Virus record (IMG/VR): IMGVR_UViG_3300030685_000003
Location: 6,156-70,155 of that record
Reading direction: 5' to 3' (one strand)
Source of the DNA: a virus
DNA length: 64,000 bases
Positions 19,939 to 31,026 of this stretch are shown piece after piece; within the stretch, counting starts at the first letter, position 1, and each line of letters begins with the position of its first letter. Below the pieces are notes generated by a model. That model saw only the letters and a list, made by a program, of their open reading frames with translations, searched no databases and was not told where the DNA came from. A program made the translations under genes and the position numbers.

Positions 19939-20328
19939 CTACTTGTACTCTTTTGCGTATCAATCGGCAATCATTGCTTCGTTGACGCTTTCGTTTTCTA
20001 ATAAGATCTCTCCCAATAGTCTGCCATAGTAGTCCTTATGGTTTTCAAGTTTTATATTTATCCTACCCGGACGGCTTAGGATTTGTCTTAGGTGGTCCTT
20101 TGCTTCTTGTCCACCGCTTTCGGCGTATCAATATCTTAATGTGTTGCTCTCGGGCGCGTCAATCCCTGTTAGTCTTAGGGATTGCTTTTTTCCTTGGTAT
20201 TCTACTTTGACTGTGTCCCCGTCGATAACGTACAAGAGTTTGGGGGCGTCTGTATGTAGAATAACAAAAGACGCTCCCCCAAAAAATAACAAAAGCACAA
20301 TAACTAATAGACTTTTTTCAGCGTTCAT
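19939..20328 (-). CDS. thermonuclease (SNase family) with N-terminal membrane anchor (129 aa)
   Basis: VIDGDT, LRLTGIDAPE, DYYGRLLG, NEAMIADGYA. Confidence 0.9.
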
Positions 20329-20335
20329 ACGTCGG

Positions 20336-20677
20336 CTATTTTACAAAATAAACTGTATAGTTTCCGTTTGTTTCAAAACATTTTACACCGTTTTTGTCTG
20401 CCGTTTTGATTTCGTCGTATAGAAATCTTAGCCCATTATCTGTCAAGAATTGGTTGAAATATATTCTTGTTGTGTTGCTGTAATCCCAGTCCTTGTAAAT
20501 ATAAATGATTTGTTTTACTTGGTCGATGTCGCAAATTTGCGAGCGGTAAGACTGAAACGTGATGACGTGTTTTTTTAGGTTTCACTTTTTGTCTGTTTCT
20601 TTTTGTTCGATTTCAATTTGATTGGCTACTGGCGCACCTGTTCTAGTGCTTCAAAGGTTTGTTGCTGTTATAGACAT
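20336..20677 (-). CDS. conserved phage early protein (113 aa)
   Basis: PVANQ..FQSYRSQI..DWDYSNTTR motif pattern. Confidence 0.65.
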
Positions 20678-20720
20678 TGTAGGGTTTTGGAAAAGGTTAA
20701 AAAGATTTTGATAAAGAAAA

Positions 20721-21044
20721 CTATTTGTACAGAATTCAAATTGCTGACGCTTCGTCGCGTTGTTCTCGCTTTAGGTCTAGGTTTTCTATAATTGATTTGA
20801 TATTCTCTGGATATTCACCATAAATATATTGACATCAATTTTTATAATCGTCTTTGCCTTGTATTGTAGTAAAGACAAAACGCCCGTTTTTATTTGGGTC
20901 TTCAAATTCTCATCGGGCACATCATCTACAGCAAGAGAAGGCTTATTTTGCAAAGGTGCGTTGCCTGTTTAGTATCTTGAAAACTCTGTTGATTTTCTTT
21001 TTGAAATCGTTTCTTTCTTCTGGTGTTAGTTTATATTTTGTCAT
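20721..21044 (-). CDS. hypothetical protein (107 aa)
   Basis: Open ATG..TAG with TGA=Gly. Confidence 0.55.
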
Positions 21045-21092
21045 CGTAGATTATAGATAGGGGATAAAAAAATTAGAAATATATTTGATTGA

Positions 21093-21458
21093 TTACTTGA
21101 ATTTCTGACGGGTGTCAATTAGCATTGCCTTAAATTCTGCTTCTATTCTTTTAAATTCCTGGAATTTCTTTACTATATCCTCTGGTGTTGTCTTGTTATT
21201 TCTCATAACCTGATAGAATGCGACTAATTTTACTTTCTTGTGTCCTGCTGCACTAGATAAAAAACTCGAGATCATACTATCAAACAGCCTTTTTATTCTA
21301 TCATCTATAGAATAGAGCACTTTTAAATCCTTGTCCGCCTGTTCTTCTGTTATCTTTGCATATTTGCTTAGCAAATCATTATCGACTAGGCAGTAGAATT
21401 CTACACTTCGTGTCCCATAGTGGGCTAGGTCGCTCAAGTTAATTATTTTGATTTTCAT
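21093..21458 (-). CDS. hypothetical protein (121 aa)
   Basis: Supplied ORF, ends in TAA. Confidence 0.65.
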   Translation of the reverse strand: MKIKIINLSDLAHYGTRSVEFYCLVDNDLLSKYAKITEEQADKDLKVLYSIDDRIKRLFDSMISSFLSSAAGHKKVKLVAFYQVMRNNKTTPEDIVKKFQEFKRIEAEFKAMLIDTRQKFK

Positions 21459-21744
21459 CGGATTGGCGAAAAGAAATAAAGCTTTCTATCAATATCGGAT
21501 AAGTAGAAAAGGTGTTGATTGGTCCAAAGTTTGACTGTCATTTGTTGGCGTCTGTGTTCTCCTTTGGGTAGAAAAAATCCATACAATACATATTTTTTAT
21601 TACGTCAATAGTATCTTTGCAAGGTTCTCAATTATATCCGCAGACAATCTCTATTTTTGTAGTGGGTTTTAGTCCGTGTTTGTCTAGAGTTTTGCTGTCG
21701 TGAAATAATGAAAAATTCTGTGCTTGGATTTTTCCTATAATCAT
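21439..21744 (-). CDS. hypothetical protein (101 aa)
   Basis: Open ATG..TAA with TGA=Gly. Confidence 0.5.
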
Positions 21745-21968
21745 TGGGAATTGGTAGTTGATAAATGTTTTTATTCTGTTGTCCCTGTGTTTGTATTCTC
21801 TTCTTGGATTTCCTCCAATATATTTTCTAGTTCTCTATTAGTTTTTTGGTAAAGTTCCGCCTTTAATACGTCAATATCGTATTGCGTCAAGGTGATTTGT
21901 TTTTGTGTTTCTCTGATTATTTCTTGGATGATGTAGATTTTAGGCATTGGTTCGGGTTGCTAGATAGT

Positions 21969-21992
21969 AAAAACGCCCGGAGTTCGGGCGTG
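21969..21992 (-). terminator. intrinsic terminator
   Basis: acgccc-g..c-gggcgt hairpin followed by TTTT on the minus strand. Confidence 0.65.
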
Positions 21993-22133
21993 TTGGTTTG
22001 ATAAAGAACTTCTTTTTAGATTGCGTTGAATTGTGCAAGCGTCCCAATAATTAGCACGGCAACCACTAGCGCCCGCAGTCGGGTATGTTTTATTGTGTCT
22101 GTGATTTCTTTTTTAGTTTCTTTTGTCATCCGT

Positions 22134-22607
22134 CTAGTAGTTCTCGAATAAAACGTTGATCGCTTCAAGTTCGGCGTGTGTGTATACTCTGCGCAATTTC
22201 TCGGCGTTGATTTTTAATTGGTTAAAAATATTCTGGCTTTCTCTCGCGTTTTCATATCAAAACTCCTCGATAAAATCGAAATAGTCGCCAGTATCTTGCG
22301 CCGTTCTGTAGTCCATAACTAAACAAGCGAGCGCGGCAGATTTTACCTTGTCGACTCTCTGTTCTGCTGTTTGGTTGCGTCGTTCTCTCAATTCTTTTTG
22401 ACTGAGCTTTGTTTGTCTGTTTCTATCAAATATGAATGTCCTTGCTCCCTGTTCTACTTCGTAGTCGTGTTGACTTCCGAAAAAATCAAAAGTTTCTTTT
22501 CAAATCTTAATTTGATATTGGAAACGCTTTGCGCCTCGCTTCTCTGTTTCGTGCTTGGCTGTGATTTCAATTTTGTCTGTGTGGCTTTTTACGGTGTCGT
22601 TTTGCAT
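22134..22607 (-). CDS. conserved phage early protein (157 aa)
   Basis: Open ATG..TAG; LACLVMD..FDFIEEFGYE motif. Confidence 0.65.
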
Positions 22608-22625
22608 CGTGATTTTGGCTATAAA

Positions 22626-22742
22626 GTAAAAATAAAAAGCGTCAGCCTCTCCCCGTTTTTGATAAAGAAAAACAAGCTAGCCCGCTTCACTGGGATTTGT
22701 TTAACCTCATCAAAAAAACAAGCTGACGCTTTTTATTTTTAC
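22626..22742. repeat. 21-bp perfect inverted repeat enclosing an extended hairpin
   Basis: gtaaaaataaaaagcgtcagc (22626-22646) / gctgacgctttttatttttac (22722-22742). Confidence 0.85.
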
Positions 22743-23029
22743 TGTATATGTGATGATATTATTGTAGATATTATTATATAGAATATAATAAATCTCGGAC
22801 ATCGTAGGGGCTGGCGCTTGACTTTAGGGTCTACCGTCGAGGCGGGGGCGTCTATCTTTTCTCTTGCTCTGTCCTGTGTGTAAAAGAACGCTTGACGGGT
22901 TCGGGTTGCCCGTGCTTTGTTTGTTGTTGCTTTGCTTGGTTGTGTAGTGATTGTTTCTGGTGTTGGGTTTTCTTATGCGGTTTATACTCCGCAAACTAAA
23001 TCATTGTTTAGTCCCAATCTGTTGAAACA

Positions 23030-23057
23030 ATTATATATAGAATGTGTTTTTTTGCAA
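23030..23057 (-). promoter_or_regulatory. sigma70-like early promoter
   Basis: TTGCAA-N16-TATAAT. Confidence 0.75.
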
Positions 23058-23591
23058 GTCTTTGCGTGTATTTTGTGCAATACTTTGGTTATCAATGGGA
23101 CTTGTACCTCTTTCTAGATTATGCTTTATTTTGTGGATAGCTGTAGAACTGACGCCGTAGGCTTTCCCTATCTCTCTTATAGTCATTCATATTGATAGGT
23201 CTTCTCTTATTTTTTCTAGTGTTTGGCTGTCAATCTTTTTTGCTTTCCTGTTTTTATTCGTTGCGTCTGTTTGGTTGTCTTGTGGTGTTCCTATAAATAG
23301 ATTATCTTTGTTGTTGTTGTTTGGGTTGTCGTCTTTGTGGCAGATGATAAAGAGTTTATTTTTAATATCATATCCAAGAAACGCTTGAGCCACTAACCTA
23401 TGGGCTAGATATTTTCTTTCCCTGCTGTCATCCTTGAGAGAATAAACAATATAATGTTTCCCGTCTTTGTTGGTCTTGCCTTTCCCTCCCTTAAGATTTT
23501 TATATTGTCAATTCTTAAATAATCTTTTACAGTTTCCCAAGTTGCTGATTTGATATAGTGGGTATGCTTCAATTGTTTTTCGTTCTTCCAT
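23031..23591 (-). CDS. NUMOD4-HNH homing endonuclease (186 aa)
   Basis: MEE(W)KTIEAYPLYQISNLGN, AHRLVAQAF, CHKDDNPNNNNKDNLFIGTPQDN, C-terminal HTH-like segment. Confidence 0.92.
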
Positions 23592-23664
23592 AGTGTGGAT
23601 ATTTCAAATATAAATAGATGTTTAGTGTTTTATTGATTGCCTTGTTGTTTACTTGTATATTTAA

Positions 23665-23692
23665 AGTATAATCAATTTTTATTAAAAAGCAA
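23665..23692 (-). promoter_or_regulatory. sigma70-like promoter upstream of the HNH gene
   Basis: TTGCTT-N16-TATACT. Confidence 0.6.
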
Positions 23693-23776
23693 ATCTTTTT
23701 TCGCGAAATTAAGACTATTATCATATAGCAAGTAAGCAGGTAAGAAGCGGGCTTGCTCTTGATATATTAAAGACAG

Positions 23777-24503
23777 CTTGACATTGTGCGTTTTGATAAA
23801 GAAACCGTACTACATAGTAGTATAGTATATGAATTATATATAGTATATATTTTATTTTTTATTTTATTATATACGATGTATATTTTGTGATGTAAATAAA
23901 TATAGATCAAATATATATACTATATGTATCTCATATACTATACTACTATGTAGTATACTTTGTTTATAATACGCAGTAAATGTCAAGTGTTGTGTGTAGT
24001 GTGGTGATGATGTCAAGTGTTGTGTGTAGTATAGTATAGATGTCAAGGATACACTGGCTGTATATTCTCTCAGATCGTAGAGACTACCTGCTTTCTAAGG
24101 CAACCCTCCTGCCTGCCTGCTCTCTCTTCTCTACGTACACTATCCTCTGATACGCCAGATCCGACCTAAGCAAATGGGAGGGGGTAAGCCCCCAGAGGGC
24201 AGGGATATATATACTATCTCCTCCCGAACATTTTTCCAAAAAAAAGAGATTTTAGGTATACAAAAAATGTATATAGTATACAAAAAATGTATATAAATCT
24301 CTTGCAAAAAGATATGAACTGTATACACTGGTTGTATACAAGAGGTCCAAGCCCCCCCCTAACTCCAGGCACTAACTACAATTCCAAAGACATATACACT
24401 GAGTGTATACATCAACTCCATAAGTATACAAAAAATGTATACATATACACTGGTTGTATATCCACTCATCAATAAACATCTTTTTATATACAAAAAATGT
24501 ATA
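23777..24503. repeat. repeat-rich divergent intergenic region (candidate origin or packaging/terminal region)
   Basis: 24-bp inverted repeat 23808-23831/23932-23955 around an AT-rich core; atgtcaagtgttgtgtgtagt x2 at 30-bp period; tatacaaaaaatgtata x4; tatacactggttgtata x2. Confidence 0.8.
24302..24329 (+). promoter_or_regulatory. sigma70-like promoter starting the rightward arm
   Basis: TTGCAA-N16-TACACT. Confidence 0.6.
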
Positions 24504-24505
24504 CC

Positions 24506-24865
24506 ATGCCAAACAATAAAGATCTTAGAAATATTCTTATAGACGAAGCTGTGCCTGTGTGATCTAAGATTATGTTTAAGTGAGAGAAGAGATACTATAC
24601 AGTTATGGCGAGTAACGCGTTTGTCTCTGTATGTACTAAACCATATCCACAGAATGATACTGTTCGATATACGATTATAGACTGGACTGCTAAAATAAGA
24701 GGTCCTGAAGATCTTATATTTGGACTTGGTGCAGAAAATAGAGTGGAATGTGAAGATATGTTGCAAAGAGTTACTAGTGGTGAGTCTTATATATCTGAGA
24801 GACATTGTGTTCCATTAGATATAGAGAAATCTAAATTAGTGCGAAAACTTAAAAATTTTTTATAA
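24506..24865 (+). CDS. conserved phage hypothetical protein (119 aa)
   Basis: Extended via TGA; CTKPY..YTIIDW..RGPEDLIFG. Confidence 0.7.
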
Positions 24866-24880
24866 ATAATTGTGTACATT

Positions 24881-25360
24881 ATGAACGCGAAGGAATTTAG
24901 AGACAAGTTGGAAGCGGATGGATTTATGAATTTCCAGGAATATGCGCCGCAACCGAAAGTGAATATAAGAAGTTTGCCTCAGAATATTTATAAGATCGTG
25001 AAGAAGCTGGAGTCTACAGGGCTGTATGAATTTGATGGCTACTTTTTTATAAAAAAGTGAACAGATAACCACCTGAAACAAACAGAGACGAAAACAATAA
25101 TAATTCCCAGCCAGGACCATGATGATTGTCATCAACAACCAAATAGTGTATTACAAGAAAACAATAGGATCCTGATGCAAATAAATGGCGAATTAGAATT
25201 GGACATAGCAGCTCTCAAAAAATATAAAGAGGATACAAAAAACATTAAGTCCGAGTTAGATGACGCATTGTTTTGGAAGGCGGATACGGAGAAGAAGTAT
25301 CAAGCTTCCTTAAACATAATCCAGATCCAGGAGGAACGCATCAAGGAACTGGAATGATAG
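24881..25360 (+). CDS. hypothetical coiled-coil protein (159 aa)
   Basis: Two supplied ORFs join in frame through TGA. Confidence 0.65.
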
Positions 25361-25528
25361 ATCCCCTAAACAATTTTTACTTTATACCCCCATATACCCA
25401 TGCCTAAAAGTTGAAGAAAATTAAGAGGTCAAAGAATCAGATGAAAAATTATTAAAGAATGAGGCACAAAGAAACTCATGGAGTATCTTAAAGCAAATAA
25501 TAAATAATTTTACCTATAACCCCTACCC

Positions 25529-25936
25529 ATGGCCGAAAAAGATACCAAGCCACAAATTCTTAGCCAGGAAGCGATAAACACACTTATTGCTACCGATGCT
25601 TTCAAAGAAAAAGCTATACAAAGTATTATCTTAACTAATAGCCTGTATGATAATATTCTCCAACTTGATGCCAAGTGATTGGTGTTCAAATATAATGCGC
25701 ACTCTATGGACTATAATTTTTATATAGCCTTCAAACTTAATGGGAATCTAATGGAATCCAATGGTAAAATTGACGTAGCTTTCATAAATTGAATGAGGGA
25801 TAAATATAATATTTGATCTGCACTAAAAGATATCATGTGTGATTCAATTGCCCTGGCAATATCTAACGAGCTATTCAAAACGAATAATGATTCCATAAAC
25901 ATATTTGCTAAACAGGCGATGAAAAATATTTTTTAA
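25529..25936 (+). CDS. hypothetical protein (135 aa)
   Basis: Open ATG..TAA with TGA=Gly; TTTTA/C-rich leader. Confidence 0.6.
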
Positions 25937-25954
25937 TTTATACTCCATGTATCC

Positions 25955-26152
25955 ATGAACTTCACTCATAAAAGATTGACTGATGCCCCAGAAGAACAAC
26001 AAGTAATACCACAAACAATCCCCGATATGATCGCTTACCGAGAAGAAGCACTAACTCATTATGATAAATCATCTACCACAGCATTTCGTATCAAGGAGAG
26101 GATAGTACAATTAAAACATCTACAAGATAGTGTCCAGAAATTCAACAGCTAA
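25955..26152 (+). CDS. hypothetical protein (65 aa)
   Basis: Supplied ORF, ends in TAA. Confidence 0.55.
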   Translation: MNFTHKRLTDAPEEQQVIPQTIPDMIAYREEALTHYDKSSTTAFRIKERIVQLKHLQDSVQKFNS

Positions 26153-26226
26153 ATCATAATCCCCTTGTATTTATAATCAAAAAAGATACAATACTGTCGT
26201 CTTTTAGATTATAAAAACACTTACAG

Positions 26227-26568
26227 ATGGTAAAAACTACAGCAAAAAAGTTCAAACCAACACACAAACCAAGAGTGCCAACTAATAAATATTTGGAAGA
26301 AGGGTGGAGAAAATTAGATCTCGATCTTAAAGATTCCACAGAAAATATCTTCAAAGTTCCAGCTAAGCAGTGGAAGAAACGATGAGTGCTTGGTAGAAAA
26401 ATGTTCAATGATATGTTCCAAATAGTGGAGAAGAATGCCAGTCTATTCCAGCATCCAGATTTCCCAGAAAAACTGGTGTCTAAAAAAATATGGAACACCA
26501 CAGCATTTAATGTAGCCTGGATGTCAGCAGATATTGTTGAATCAAATATCAAAGAGCTTATATGATAA
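26227..26568 (+). CDS. conserved phage hypothetical protein (113 aa)
   Basis: VPAKQWKK(W)G..RKMFN..FQHP..WNTTAFNVAWM. Confidence 0.65.
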
Positions 26569-26583
26569 TCCGGAATAATTCTC

Positions 26584-26611
26584 TTGCAAATAAATACATA
26601 TTGATTACAAT
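26584..26611 (+). promoter_or_regulatory. sigma70-like promoter
   Basis: TTGCAA-N16-TACAAT. Confidence 0.7.
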
Positions 26612-26651
26612 ACCAAAATTAAGTATATATATTTATATTATAGAGTGTTTC

Positions 26652-26873
26652 ATGAAAGCAAAAGAACTTAGATGATTACTTGAATATATATCAGATAATG
26701 TTGAAATATTGGTAGCTTGAGAGGATGGAATGAATAAAATATATTTTTCAAACGCGTTTCATAATCCTAGAAAAGATTGATCAGAAGGTAGAATGGTAAG
26801 TATCATGTTATATACTGTTCCAGAATCTAGAGCTGATGAGCTCTTCGCTATACCGGACAATCTAGAGTGTTAG
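26652..26873 (+). CDS. hypothetical protein (73 aa)
   Basis: Open ATG..TAG; MKAKELRGLLE. Confidence 0.55.
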
Positions 26874-26900
26874 TTTTTTTTATCTATACCCCACATACCC

Positions 26901-27167
26901 ATGGCACAATTATCACAAGAGGCAGAAGATCGTCTTATCCAGATTGATCAAAGAATTCAATACCTTTTCGATTTATCAATTAGACACGGTAGTTCTGATG
27001 AGATTACGCAGGAAAGAGAGGATCTTATTTTGGAAAAATCATCTATACTATTAGGTAGTGAAATATCTACAGTTAAGGCAAAGAAACTTACTGGTGCGAA
27101 ATCTGTTATCAATAAAAAAACTAAGGTTAAGATAGTTAAAAAAGTTTCAGTCCCTAAAAAGAAATAG
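26901..27167 (+). CDS. hypothetical protein with Lys-rich tail (88 aa)
   Basis: Supplied ORF, ends in TAG. Confidence 0.65.
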   Translation: MAQLSQEAEDRLIQIDQRIQYLFDLSIRHGSSDEITQEREDLILEKSSILLGSEISTVKAKKLTGAKSVINKKTKVKIVKKVSVPKKK

Positions 27168-27170
27168 CCT

Positions 27171-27536
27171 ATGTCATTCAGCACTCCCGAGACAACACGT
27201 TCCTCTAGTCCGATAAATATGCCTGTAGATATCCTTAGGATTAACCCGAGGCTATATTCTGGTTTTAGAGGAACGGATGTCGACGGGAATGTTATTATAT
27301 ATCCTACTTACCAAGCAGCTGTTCAGGCTTGAGCAGCTCAGGTGTCGCCTAATTATAAACAATGAATAGAGAGTCCAAATATAAATCAGGATGGTACATG
27401 AGTATCACAACCTAAACAGCCAACCCAGCCATCGGAGGTGGATAAATATATCCAGGGGCAGATAGATCAGTCTAGAACAGCATTGAATCCACAACAGCCA
27501 ACTCCTATAAAAACTTTACCTGCAACCACTAACTAA
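27171..27536 (+). CDS. hypothetical Pro/Gln-rich protein (121 aa)
   Basis: Open ATG..TAA with TGA=Gly. Confidence 0.55.
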
Positions 27537-27538
27537 CT

Positions 27539-27796
27539 ATGCCGTCAAATTCTAAGGCTTATCAGAAAGCAAATTATAAAAAATACCGAGGTACTAAGGC
27601 GGAACTTAAGTACCGTTCCTGACTCGTAAAGGTGAATAGAGACGCCGGAACTTATGGTAATCATGATGGTAAAGATTGGGATCATAAGAATGCTAAACCT
27701 ACCGATTTCCGTAAAAGTAATCTACGCTCTATAAGCGCTTCAACAAATCGTAGACTATGAGCACAGAAAGCCAATAGAAGACGCTACGGTAAATAG
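27539..27796 (+). CDS. short HNH endonuclease (85 aa)
   Basis: HDGKDWDHK..SNLRSISASTNR. Confidence 0.75.
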
Positions 27797-27816
27797 TTTA
27801 TCTATAATATTATACC

Positions 27817-28008
27817 ATGGTAAATTTGTTAAATCGTTTAGAATGAAAACTTATGAAGAAGGGGTTCTCTAGATCTAGAGCTATAGGTACAGCAACCAAT
27901 GTGCTTACTAGAGCAGGAGATCTTAATGGTAAATGAAAACCAACTCCTAAGTGAATAAAGAGAGGAAAGATGACTCCTACTCAAAGGGCTTCTACAAGAA
28001 AGAGATAG
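27817..28008 (+). CDS. small basic protein (63 aa)
   Basis: Open ATG..TAG; Lys/Arg-rich. Confidence 0.55.
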
Positions 28009-28043
28009 TTCTATAGATCTTTTATATTCAATATAACCACATT

Positions 28044-28238
28044 ATGCCAAAAGAAGAATTGGATAAATTTCTCCGTATATTCTATAAAGATGTTATAGTG
28101 AGAGAATTGCAAGCTGCTAATGTACCACAAGAAGTTATTGATGCATACGAACTTCATTTAACAGATGAAGATTATAAAAAACTCCAACAAAGTATGGAGA
28201 ATTTTTTGATGAATTGGTGAACTAGATTGCTTAATTAG
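28044..28238 (+). CDS. hypothetical protein (64 aa)
   Basis: Open ATG..TAG. Confidence 0.5.
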
Positions 28239-28264
28239 TTTTTTATATTATACCCCCTATACTA

Positions 28265-28537
28265 ATGCCAGACGAAATGAAATGTAATTCTAGTGATGTA
28301 AAAAAAGTTACTTACACTCAGAGATTAGAAAAGATTGTAGAAGAACAAACTATCACCCTAAAAAATCTAGACTCTATTCTCAGTAAATTATGACTATGGT
28401 TAACAGATCCAGAAGTAGATAATGTTGCGTGTGACTCATGTGGTAATTCCTCAAGTATAGAAACACTTATTTCAAGAATAAGTAGAAATAATTATGATAT
28501 CGTTAGAGCAACAGAACTTATTGAAAGAGCTATTTAG
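28265..28537 (+). CDS. hypothetical protein (90 aa)
   Basis: Open ATG..TAG. Confidence 0.5.
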
Positions 28538-28554
28538 CCTAAATATCTACCCCT

Positions 28555-29352
28555 ATGCCAATAAAAATTTTGATCGGGATGCCCATCTTCGAGGGACTCC
28601 CAGTAGAACAAGTTCAGTCTATACTTATGATTCAACGCCGAGCATTGGAATCAACGCCTGTAGTACAGGTGGACTTTTGTATGCCCACTAGAACTACTTT
28701 GGTCCAGGCTAGAAACGAAATTATCAGAGAAGCTGTCGATGGTGAATATACTCACCTCTGCTGGCTTGATGATGATAATCCAGTTCAGGACCCGTATGAA
28801 GCGATAGCAAGTATGCTAGAATTTATGGAATCCAAAAAAGATTGTCATGTGGTTTCTGGGTTGATTAAATCTAGAGATGATTCACATTTCACTATCTATT
28901 CAAGTGTTGGAGAAATAGGTCAGTCTACTCCACAATATGAACCATTTGTTCCAGCTCTAACGGAAAACCCATGAGTTGACCAAAATACTTATGAACCGTT
29001 CCAGGCCGATGCTATTGGGTTTGGATTTGTACTTATGGATAGAGAATCATTCACAGCAGTATACAAAAAATATCATGGATACCCAGTATCTCAGTGACTT
29101 ACTGCGTATACTTGAATAGTGGTCGATCAGGATAAGGACTGAGAACAATTGTGTATAGTAGAACTCGCTGATGCCTTCTTGTATTATCAAGGGAAGCCCA
29201 TGGATGGGAACCTCAGATTTGCTAATCTATCAGAGAACTTTTTGTTCCGACATCGTCTCACGATGATCGACGATAAATACAGACCGTGGATACTTCCAAA
29301 TATCCAGTGTTTTCATATCGCTAAAAAATATGTATCATGTGACTTAAAATAG
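28555..29352 (+). CDS. GT-A fold glycosyltransferase (265 aa)
   Basis: KILIGMP, ARNEII, HLCWLDDD (DxD), DAIGFGFVLMDR, SENFLF, CFH. Confidence 0.8.
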
Positions 29353-29573
29353 ATAGGGCATATGTTATAGAGCAAGGATATCTTAGACCGTTTACATTCC
29401 CAGGCGAGTCTATAAACAATGTACCTCTTGTCCGTTATGCTGTAACGGATAAATGGGAATCGGCCAAAAACGAGATACAAAAACTAAAACGTATACTTTT
29501 TGTTGATCGTACACAAGAACAAAACGATAGGATAGATTATCTCCATAAATGTTTATTTGATTTCGATGACTAA
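29337..29573 (+). CDS. hypothetical protein (78 aa)
   Basis: Open ATG..TAA with TGA=Gly. Confidence 0.5.
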
Positions 29574-29575
29574 TC

Positions 29576-30319
29576 ATGTGATCTAAAGTAAAACCATCAT
29601 TTGTATATGTGCTATCTATAGTATGCCCCGTGTATAATAACCATAAATTCACTAGGCATATTTTCAAACAGATCGAAGCCTTGAACCCCGAACTTCATAA
29701 TTATGAGGTGATTTTTTACGATGACGGATCTACCGACGGAACACAAGATATGAGACCGAATTTTAAACATACTTGGATCCAATGAGAAAAAAACATGTGA
29801 GTCACTCATGCATGGAATAAACTTATTGATTCAGCAAAAGGTAGATTTGTGCTTGTAATTAACAATGATATTGTTATCAATCCAGAAGTAATAGAAGAAA
29901 TGATGGATATCATGAAGAACGATAAGGACTGTATGGTTACAAATGCAAAGCAGATAATGCCTGGTAATATAATCATCAACGGTAAGATTACTGATACTGA
30001 TAATATATCCGGACCAGCATGGATGATCAGGAAGAAAGACCGAAATTTTATAGGTCCAATCCCATCACAACTTATTATGTTCGGTAACGATGATTATGTT
30101 TATTTGAAAGTAACTCAATGACTCAAGAAAAAAAGTATCTGGACTGAATATCCTATCTTTCATTTTACTAGTCAGACCGTGAAAGATTACTCAAAACTAT
30201 CAGAGGTAACTATAAATGATATTAGAGAACTTCTTAAGATAGTAGAATCAAATAAACGAAATCATCTAAAATTATATGATATGATCAAAGCACAAGAAGA
30301 TTTTATTTCTAAAAATTAA
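29576..30319 (+). CDS. glycosyltransferase family 2 (247 aa)
   Basis: SIVCPVYN, YDDGSTDGT, GVTHAWN, VINND, GNDD. Confidence 0.9.
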
Positions 30320-30324
30320 GTGAT

Positions 30325-31026
30325 ATGATAGAATCAACACAAGAGGCGTTTATCAGAAACAAGAGAGACCCATCTGATATTAACGAACACATGGAAACTT
30401 TACTTTACTACTCTAGAAAATGTAATGTTGTTGCAGAATTCTGAGTAAGAACTGGAGTATCTACATCAGCCTTCCTATATGGATTGCAGCCAGGTCGTAC
30501 ATTTCTTGGATATGATATCCAACATTATCCTGAGGCTCAGCAACTATTTGATGTAGCTAAACAGGAAGGTAAGAGTTGTGAGTATATTATCCAAGATGTT
30601 CTAGATCCTAATTTCGAACTCCCATATGTAGACTTCTTGTTTATAGATACATGGCATACATATACACAACTTAGAAAAGAGTTGGAGAAACACGCAGATA
30701 AGGTTGGGAAATATTTGGTCTTCCACGATACAGTAAGTTTTGGTGATCATGATGAGGAACTTCCTGGTTATGTAGCCCATGAAGATTATAAATGATTACT
30801 CCCTGCATTAGATCAATTCCTTCTTATTTATCCACAATGGAAACTATTGGAGAAACACGAGAATAATAATGGTCTGGTTATTTTAGAAAACACAGAAGCT
30901 CCATCTGAAACTAGTACATATGTTCCTAAAGATATATCAAACATTGAAAATCCAACTGAAACGGACGCCCTTAACTCAAAAATATACTCTGAAACTTTAG
31001 ATGATGCTTTTTGAGACGATGCCTAA
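30325..31026 (+). CDS. class I SAM methyltransferase (Methyltransf_24-like, 233 aa)
   Basis: SDINEH, EFGVRTGVST, LFIDTWHTY.QL..EL, VFHDT, NNNGL. Confidence 0.88.

Noticed and set aside
1473-23117. Plus-strand supplied ORFs in the left arm (and minus-strand ORFs in 24.8-60.2 kb)
   Set aside because: They are antisense shadows of the real code-25 genes, with no recognisable motifs.
23981-24046. Tandem TTGACA hexamers as promoters
   Set aside because: No plausible -10 box at the 16-bp spacing used elsewhere in this genome; treated as repeats.
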